Shown one piece after another: positions 54,901 through 64,000 of a stretch of 64,000 nt of DNA (position 1 is its first letter; every line of letters begins with the position of its first letter). Source of the DNA: Marsupella aquatica (lineage: Eukaryota > Plantae > Marchantiophyta); the NCBI GenBank assembly GCA_973895155.1, contig OZ316894.1:8084234-8148233 (forward strand), given 5' to 3'. A program made the position numbers and the translations under genes. The notes under the pieces are model-generated. The model was given only the letters and a program-made list of their open reading frames with translations. It made no database searches and was not told the origin of the DNA.

Positions 54901-57900
54901 TAATTTTTGGCTGTTATTCGTGATTAATTTCATGTAACTTGTTGACACATTGTAAACTTGTAGAGGAACATGCAGCTTAAGGAGAGTAATTTGGTCTGAG
55001 TTTTCTGTCTCCCCTATTTGAAATGAAGGTCGTTCCTTCAAGTACTCTTCATACGATTCTTGACATTTTGTTTTATTCTTCGATATTATTAGTTTCATGT
55101 AGACAATGAGGACCAATTCATCCTAAGGTAGAAATGTTTTTATGCTTTCTCAAAATTAGTGTCTGCAGCTTGGTATTGTTGTCTCCCTTTAGATGTACGG
55201 ACGCCTTCAGAAAGGAAGGCATGAATCATTCATCACAGGATCAGTGTTGCCTCTCAAGTTTGACTGCCAAAATTTATTTCAGGTAGCGGGGGCTGCAGCT
55301 GCCGCTGGTCTGAGTCTGGCAGAAGTAACCGCAGAAGCTCGGCAAATTGCACAGAACGTGGGAACAATGGGAGTTGCATTGACCGTCTGCACTCTACCAG
55401 GTCAAAACACATCAGATCGCCTTGGCCCAGGAAGGATGGAGCTCGGGCTTGGAATTGTATGATATATCTATCCTCATTAGATATAGCCGTATTTGAATAT
55501 TATGTCAAATTTTTCTTCTTTACTAGTTTGTATTGTGATTACATGCACCGAGAGACACCTGTCGAGCCCGTACCTGGATGCGTTTTTGCTTTGAGTTCAG
55601 TTTGCCTGACAAGTAAAGACATTACTCATTAAATCTTATCAGTTGTAGCCTTCTGGCATGGGCCCTGTGGCATAACAATGTTCGTGCAACGGCGTACCTA
55701 GGAAGACAAATGGAGACTTGTCCCTACTGTGGATGGTTGACATAAATAAAGATTTCTAGGATTTGACCGCAAAAGCATCCAGGTGCTTGGATGTATCTCT
55801 ACTCGATCCAATATTCAAGGGATAAAATTCTCTTTACCAAACATCATCCTGTTTCGTTATTTTCACCTATTCAGAGTTTACACAATGGACCCATACCCAA
55901 TCTGAATATCAGGGAATTACCAAGGGTTCGTAGCCGGTAGACCTGAAACTGAAGTCCTTCCAGAAAGACTGAGAACCTGTTTGAGGTCTGACAAACTGTT
56001 AGGACCTCGCGTATAATATATTTCGTGTTGGGGTGTTCTTGCGACACCATTGTCACCACCTTCACCATCGTTCTGAAGTCGATTCATATCACTCTTTTAT
56101 CGTAAAGGTCAGGATCATGGCATGATATCGAAATTCAAAGCAGCCATGTTCATAACAGCTTTCATGCTTATGTCATCTTGCAGTTGGCAGCCTCTAAAGC
56201 TAATGGTTTATGTCATCTGGTTTCACGGTTTATGTGCAGCATGGTGAACCAGGAATTGAACAATGTGATATTAAATCTATTGACAAGGTCGTGTCGCATT
56301 TACTTCACAAAATTCTTTCCCCGGTATTTCCCTTCCCTTCCTCTTCTTTGTTCCATCTCGGTACTTGTTCTTTCGTCCTGGAACTATGTAGTAATTCTCC
56401 CTTTTGTTTGACTATACAGTCAAATGCACATACAATTCTGGCCTGATTTGGGGCGGCTGAGTTTTCTTTCTATAGTGCATACAAATGTTGAGGTCATTTG
56501 TATGTATGGAATCAGAAATTAATTAAGGGAGGGTCGTTCGAGTAGTATTGTTTCTAGATTGTTCGATTAAAACACATGGATTAATCTATTTCAGGGTTTC
56601 ATATCGTATCGGTGAGAACAGGCATTGTTCTCAGTAGTTGACTAGTTTTGCTTCAACGAGCTGTGTCTGTGAAGATGAAATGTTTGTTTTCTACATGCTT
56701 GCAGGAAACACAGTATACGTCAATCCATCGTGGGTCCACGGTCGTTCTAATGGTTAATGGGTACTTCCCTTTTTTCTGTGTGGTCTTTTATGCTGTTTTG
56801 AAGTCTAAGCAATGAAAAAGAAATTGGGGACAAGTAGCTTTGCATTATTTTGTTTTTTCAGAGGTTGTTGTTTTTTCATGGCTGAGTAACTTTGGCTTCG
56901 AGTTCAGATCGTAATTAAAAAGACGAACCTGCGAGTCATAATGAACATTCAGCAGGAAGAAATTCCTTAGCGAATTTGTAGTTCATTGTCAGCATTACTT
57001 CTATTGATGCAGGTTTCACTCTGTTCAAACTAGCATATCTTCAATATGCATAGTCTGCTCCGCAAGTTGATTTGGAGCATTGCAGTTGTCTTCCTTCGGT
57101 GGCCATCTCCTCAAACTCTGCGCATGCGTATGTGATCAGCTTAGGTGCAACACCTATGATGGAATTGACTATCGCAGCAGGAAAGGCCGTCGCTCATCTA
57201 CAGGTGGAATATGGCCTAGCTGTTGAGCGTGTTTACACTGGTTCCTTCATGACCGCACTGGATATGGCAGGTGACGTTTGGTCTTGGTCAAAAACCCCTT
57301 TCTGAAAACTCGTTACATCCAGCTTCATTTCCTCGAGGGTTTTTCATGAGAATTTTCTTAGTCTTTGACATGTCTAGACATGTACATTATTGCTGACTCT
57401 TTGCTTTATGACTTTGGCTTTCGGCAAAAGGTATGTCGCTGTCAGTGCTGAAGGTGGATGATTCAGCTCTTTCACGGCTAGATGCTCCTACGTCTGCACC
57501 TGCTTGGCCTGTTGGTGTCAGTGGTAAGCAAGCCTCATAGCCTTGCAACTGGGTCCTTGAAAAGGATTGGGTTTGTAGCTGTATAATGCCATTGACTGGG
57601 AGCCAAGAATGCATGAAAAGTATCTCAATTTCAATCAGCGCGCGAAACCAAGTTTAGATCCACAGTCCTATCCTGCACCCAGAGTCTTGCCAACTGGGTT
57701 TTCGGTTTGCCTAATTGTTTAAGTTTGAGGTGAAATATATTGCCGGTGCGACCGTGGGTTGAGTAGGTAAGCACCAATTCATCCCTCCAAGATGTACGGA
57801 TTCAAAGTCGTCTAGATTTCAAAGGGCTGCAAGAGAATTAGGTCAAGACACCTCGTAGATATGTAGGACTCAACCACCGAAAGCTTATTGGATTCCAACA

Positions 57901-60900
57901 ACGTCTGCTCCTTGTTCTTGTTAGCCCTTAACCCTTTGACCCGGCTCGGATCTGGTGATTTGCTGTGAACATAGGTTCAGTCATTTGTTTTAATTTCGAA
58001 CCTTTGGTACTCTTGTCATGTATAACGTTCTGGCCCCCCTAAACCCAGATGAGAATCCCTTAACTTGAAAAGCCAGGTCTTTAATGCGCTCAAGTTAGCA
58101 GCCAGAAAAGTAGTCTTACTATATTTTGTTGTCATTTCCCTGAAAACTTGTCTAGTGACACTACCTGGTCATTTAATACCACATAGTTTTTCAGGTTTAT
58201 TTTAATTTGTCAAACCTCAGTTCAAGTGTGATTCACATTTAGATTTGTTTGATTTTTTTCCTTGTAGGACCTCGCCCACCAACAACGCTCCCTGTTGCTC
58301 TTCCTCAAGCACTTAAGACGAGTGTGGTAAGCTGAAACTGTACATGGGCTATTCAGGTTTACATGCTGGTCAGTCTCTGAGGTAATAGAGCTGTTGGTGG
58401 CTTTACTGGGAGTTTACCCTATTGGTTTAGTGGATTGACACTAAGATGGAAAAGGTCGTCTCTCAAGAGCTTCGGTCACAAGGCTTTTGGTGCAGATCTT
58501 AGTTTGAGGTTCAAGCATGGTAAGCAACGCTGAAAAAATATGTTTCAACCGGTTGCTAATAGTATTGATTTGTAACGATAATTGTGCAACTGCAGGCACC
58601 GTGTAGACCAGTGGAGCTGACAGATGAAGGGAAAGTTTTAGAAACTGCCATCCAGGCAGGCGCTGAGGCATTACTGGCGATCAAGGATTATCTGAACGAA
58701 TTGGATAGCAAGGCCGGGGATGGAGACTGTGGTTCAACGGTAAGGATAACGCCTACTTTCGGTGATACGGTGTGTGGGTATCCTTTGCAACATTCAGGAT
58801 AACACACACTGATTAAAACATTGAGACTACCATAGAAATAGATATTCTCAAGTCATAGTGTATTTGAAGAGGTATCAGATTCCGCACATCGGGATACCTG
58901 TCATAGATTAAAGCCTGCGACTATAAGCAACGGTTGGGACTCTTCAACTTTAATTCTTCTTTGTTTATTTCGTGACTTTTTTGGCGGCACTCATCAGCTT
59001 GGGCATGATTTTTGTTCTCCACAGATGTACACAGGAGCTTCTGCAATTCTGAGAGATCTCAAAGAACAGTTCAGTATCTCTACACTTTTACCTTTGCAAT
59101 ATCTATCCTTGAGATTTTTGAAAAACTTCAAGATCTCTGCCATCTTTAGAGTTGATTAATAGTGACAAATCACTACCGGTTGTGCTTTTCGAGACATCGA
59201 TCTGTGTCATTCCTGATATATCTCGTTCTGGTGAGAATTCTGGAGAACTGAAATGGTTCAGTGGTACTGTGGATTTTCTAGTATGATTGCTTTCATCCGC
59301 TTCATCTATCTGCAGTCGAGAATATGTTAAGTACTACTGCTAATTCATTGATCGGTTCTGAAATTCTCATTCAAAGACCTGTTCTTGCAGTTATCCTTTG
59401 AATGACCCAGCTGCAACTATTGGCGAAGTAGGTTCCACTATTCGAAGGTCAATGGGAGGCACAAGTGGGGTGATGTACGTTCCATTTACGTTTTTCTCAT
59501 GTTTGTAGTTTATTCGCTGGAGTATTGTTTCAGCATGTACACTACTGTGCAGAGGAGATCAAGATTTTTTTCCTTTTACTTTCACAGGTATTATAGCTAT
59601 GTTGCTCTTTCTCCTAGAAGAGAGCTCGTTAGAAATGGGTGAATTTTGTCTCCAATGCTACATCAGTGTGGGAAATTCTCGTTTTAAGTTTAGTGAGAGT
59701 GAAGGTATGTCGCAAGCTTCCGAAGATTGTATTTGTAATCCCCCACAAAGGATGGCTCTTCTAAAAATGTTCAAACGTTCAAATCTTCTGACACTGTCCA
59801 TCCATGTTCGCAGATACGACATTTTCTGCAAAGCTATTCATGCTCAGCTGGTGGAGGATCCAGCCGTTGTAACACCCCAAAAATGTGAGTGATATTTTAT
59901 AACTTCGTAACTTCAGTCGATGGCCTATAATGTGCTTCATGTTGTAGTTGTCACTATGAGGATGACACCTCGGAATTAAATTGGTTTTTAGAATCGAGGA
60001 GATGAAAAAAGATAATTCAAGAAGAAAATCCTGGCTTATGGGGACGATGAGATTATTTACGTTGCCATCACAAGAAGTGACCAGAAATTATACAAAGTTA
60101 AAACGCAAGAAAGGAGTATTCTACATCGGTTTTATGGGAACACAGAACAACTAACCGCAGATGTTCCGTGTCCAGGGTCGGCTGCATTTGCAGTAGCCCT
60201 TGCAGCTGTCAGCACTTATGGTGGTGCCTCGTCTGGCCAAAGGACACTTCTCGATTCTCTTTTTCCTGCTTCCAAAGCCTTACAAGAGGTTCCAGCAAGC
60301 TCTTTCAGTTTTCCTTTCTTGATATGGCCTCTTTGATCCAGAACCGCTGTTTTGATAAGTTCTTGCGGCTGTATGTTAATTACTGTCTCTTCGTATTTGA
60401 ATTATTAGAAGTTTCCTTAATACCTCTTTCAATAATTTATTCAATGTTGCGCATAGCGGCGTAATGACTGTTGCTAATTAATTGCATTCTAATATCTAGT
60501 ATTTCTTGCCGGGGGTGGTAACCTTTTGACTTGTGTTACATGTTCCAGGCTCTTGCTGAAGGTAAAGACCCTGTACAAGCATTTCTTGGAGCAGCAGATG
60601 CAGCCATGGCGGGGGCAGAGGCCACCAGAAGGATGTTAGCAGTGGTGAGAAATTAAATTTCAAAACTTGTTTCAAACGCTTTCGGCAAGCCCAATTGAAA
60701 AACTTGGGTGATATCGACTGCACATTGTACCACGGAACTGTTCTCAGTAATCAAAGATGACTTCACAGTATTGAAAATCAGTTTGGTTTATGTTTGCAGG
60801 CTGGACGGTCAATATATTTGCCCAAAGAGCTCGTGGCATCTGTTCCAGACCCGGGAGCAGTTGCAGCTGCAAGTTGGCTGAAGGCAGCTGCCACAGCAGT

Positions 60901-60925
60901 TTCTGATTTTTACAAGGAAGTCTGA
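51911..60925 (+). CDS. DAK: Dihydroxyacetone kinase / triokinase (DAK1-DAK2 fusion), 20 exons, about 594 aa
   Basis: Exons, GT-AG with consistent phases: 51911-51959, 52729-52802, 53289-53352, 53623-53735, 53983-54030, 54570-54641, 54771-54860, 55283-55456, 56240-56323, 56705-56760, 57140-57270, 57431-57523, 58268-58326, 58596-58739, 59025-59068, 59391-59474, 59814-59884, 60176-60288, 60549-60644, 60800-60925. Motifs: [67 protein letters not shown]. Confidence 0.95.
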
Positions 60926-61839
60926 GGGGCATAAAGTGACCTTGCCAAAGCATGGATATAACCAGCAGCAATATAAGCCGCCAGAAGCATAAAAAAATAG
61001 TGAATTTTGTAGCACTTTTAGATTTAGAATTTACTCCTGTTGATGGGATAATGTGCATAAGTAGCTCATTTCCCTGTTGGATATAGGCAGCAACAAAATG
61101 TTGGGCAATAGCATATTATTACTGGCCCGAATGTGGGGCTCAAATTTGGAGAGGAAGAGTCAAGGATGGTAAAGTTGAGTGGTGAACCAAAATGGAGGGT
61201 GTCTTAAGTTCGCCTAGGTTTTTGGCGGTGTTCATCTGGCAGAGAGTACAATTTTAGCGGGGGTCGCGATGAGAGTTTGAGAAAAATTCAGCTATTCGTG
61301 ATTTATTCTCAAAGGAAGATGCATGTCCGTGCGTTCAATTTGGATGAAAGTAGTCCTGACGTTGCCTGAATGTTGGTGATAAGACTCTCCAGGAAGGCTG
61401 TGTTTTAAGCCTGTCTACTTTCAAGTCAAAGATAGCAGGGAAGAGTATACGATACATTACCTGTCATTTATGATTGTGGGCTTCTAGGCAAGTCTCTGGT
61501 CGAGAGAGCCTGTGGACATACCTTCACTGATGGAAATTCAGTCGATTCGATCTTGCTTTGAACTGAAACTTTATTCAGCAATAAAATCCCTGAGGTGCAG
61601 CTTGTTTTGGTGTTCTGGCAAAACAGAATAGTCCAGAATATACGACAGACGTGCATGGGTGTGATTTTGGAGTGTATGGTGTAACGCGCCTTCTATATAA
61701 GGAGTGGGGAAGCGGACCAAGTTACAGAATGCAGGGAGCTAAGTGACAGACCATTACTAATAATTGAGGCACAGCAGACGTCCGTTGCAGTCCTTTTGAC
61801 TGCGACCGAGTAATGCATCGGACCAGCTGCAATCAAACT

Positions 61840-62033
61840 CTCCGTCAGTTGCGCAACATTTGTCATTCAGGACTTCAAGAGTGGGTTCTATCCTGGTAAT
61901 TCCAATTTTTAAAAGTTTACACTGTAAATACTAGCCCGCTCCGTCAGTTGCGCAACATGGTCATTCAGGCGTGGTTTTTTACCAGGGTTTTCTACCCTGG
62001 TGATTTAAAAAAATTTACTTTATAAATACTAGC
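61840..62033. repeat. Imperfect ~100-bp direct duplication
   Basis: ctccgtcagttgcgcaacat...tcattcagg...cctggt...taaatactagcc occurs twice. Confidence 0.8.
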
Positions 62034-62542
62034 CTGATTCCCCAAAATGATGCTCCCACGGATCACAACTTGGTCTTTTGAAACTAGCATATACCGTTCA
62101 TAATTTCAAATATTTTTAATTTTGAGAATGTGCTAGAGGAGTAAGTTAGCTACACTTCAATGAAGTGATAGACTATGGATCTAGCTAGAACATCTAGACA
62201 CATGACATGATTCAGATAGCCATGGATCTCATTCAGTTATCCATGGATCCCAAAACGTCTAGACTATGACATGATTCAGCTATCTTTGCAAATGATTGGT
62301 TAACAGATTAAACTACAAGTATTTAATGTTTTATCAGTCTACATTTGGGCATGGTACTCCAAACACCTATTGTGAAAAACACAAGTTTAATGATGATGCG
62401 GGCATTACTTACAAGACTCTGGGGGCCTTTCAGTGTCTCTCCATCCAAAGCAAAGCTGATGGCCATTTCCTTACATGAAATGCCTGAGCCAAGGTCTGGA
62501 AATTATCAATGCAATTCTCTGAAACAAAGCGGCAGTTTGCTC

Positions 62543-62648
62543 CAGGTTTTTAGACCACCTTAAGAGGAGGTCAAGTTTTTGACAAAAAAGCTTGCAGGTT
62601 TTTAGACCACCTCAAGAGGAGGTCAAGTTTTTGACAAAAAAGCTTGCA
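62543..62648. repeat. 53-bp tandem duplication
   Basis: caggtttttagaccacct.aagaggaggtcaagtttttgacaaaaaagcttg occurs twice. Confidence 0.9.
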
Positions 62649-64000
62649 CACATGAAAAAAAGGGGACCCACTGAGAGATGACTAGGTTTGGTAATGCTTT
62701 TGCTTGATTGTGCCCCCAAGTTCATGTAAAGTGGGAGTGCAGCCAGTTCTCACATATGAATGAGTAGGATTGCATCTCTCACTTAGAAAAAAAGGAATTC
62801 TGCCCCCAAGTTCTTGTACCCTAAACCCTAAACCCCATTCAAAATGAGGGCCGTTTTTTCTCCACAGCCATAATTTACTAACATTTGCCAATTCTACCTC
62901 AATAAAAAGTTTTGACCATTTTTGGTTAAAATTTGTCAGTATTTTTTTGGTTTTTTGGTCTTCAGTATTAGTCACTTTCTGAGTCACCTAATCTTCTTAG
63001 CAGCTTCTCCTTCATAAGGTGACAGCCTAAAAATTACCTAAAGCTAAAAAGCTCATTTATGAAAACACTATAGGTCACACTTTAATTGGATGCTGACGGC
63101 CTACCCATTTCAGTTGAGGTGATTTTATTATAACCCCTTGGATCCCATGAGCTAAGATGCTCCAGTTTCTGTTTAGGTGATTTTATTACAACCCCTTGGG
63201 TCCCATAAGATGCTGTCGCTTCCATTTACGGAATTTTATTTTAACCACATGCAGTATCCATTTAGATGATAATAGATTCAAATCAATTTTTTTCCCTGAG
63301 TGTTGAGGTTTGTGTGTGTAAATGGCTTCCGTGGTGAACCCCTGGTGAAACCCAACTTATGGATGATTGGGGGTTTGCGAAAATCTGGTCTACTTATGAG
63401 CCTTGATTGAACTAGGAATGCCACTTGCTCGAATGACTGATGTTCAGCAAATTTTGCACTTATGATAAGTCTGTGCACAGTTGGGAGCATTTGGAAATGT
63501 GAAGATGTAGTTCACGGTAAGGTTGTGTCTTCACCTTCTGTGTACGTACAATATATGGGCAAAATGGGATTATGGCAGCAAGAAATGATTTTTCCAACAA
63601 TGCTCATCCAGAATTCCAGAGTCCAAGAACTTGGTAGAGGTTGCATACTTGAGCTACATTAAAAGTATACCACTTAGGTGCTGGAGTACCACTAGGATCC
63701 TCTCAAGTGGTTAGATGAGTCATAAGGCAAAATTGTCATGTCCTTGTGTAGGAAACCAAATTTATTCTTCCTTACGTGGGGCTTTAATTTACCTAGTTTG
63801 ATGTTGGTGTTCTTCAAGACTTCAATCCATGGATCACTCCTGGCATTCATAATGTTCTTATCACCTTTTCCTTTCCATATTTATATATAATAGCATGTTT
63901 GAATGTTGTGGCTCCCGTTAGTTTATCCAATCTGTATGGCTGGGATCTGAGTGCTGTGTGGCTGGGATTCTATAAATTACCTGCCACATGTAGCAATTCC

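Overview
Eukaryotic nuclear DNA from a land plant, probably bryophyte-grade (inferred from gene style only). Five protein genes are supported: (1) an intronless ATG11-like ORF that stops before the usual C-terminal claw domain (493-3510); (2) an uncharacterised plant protein (31995-32879); (3) a 15-exon plastid-type peptide release factor 1 on the minus strand (34427-40448); (4) an intronless organellar GatA (43483-45174); (5) a 20-exon dihydroxyacetone/triose kinase (51911-60925). Two related full-length Ty1/copia LTR retrotransposons with PBS, PPT and 5-bp TSDs lie at 5192-12457 (+) and 14683-21178 (-). Other repeats include a MITE inside the first element's RT, a PIF/Harbinger derivative, CRE-like LINE 3' ends, a mariner-like TIR element and many tandem repeats. 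The strongest observations: both copia elements have an in-frame TGA at the identical gag/pol junction, suggesting programmed readthrough or another recoding mechanism; they share a non-coding leader block that looks better conserved than gag, with candidate splice sites; and GatA appears to sit inside a heavily decayed copia pol, so its 5' UTR and transit peptide may derive from reverse-transcriptase sequence. All alignments and counts were done by eye.
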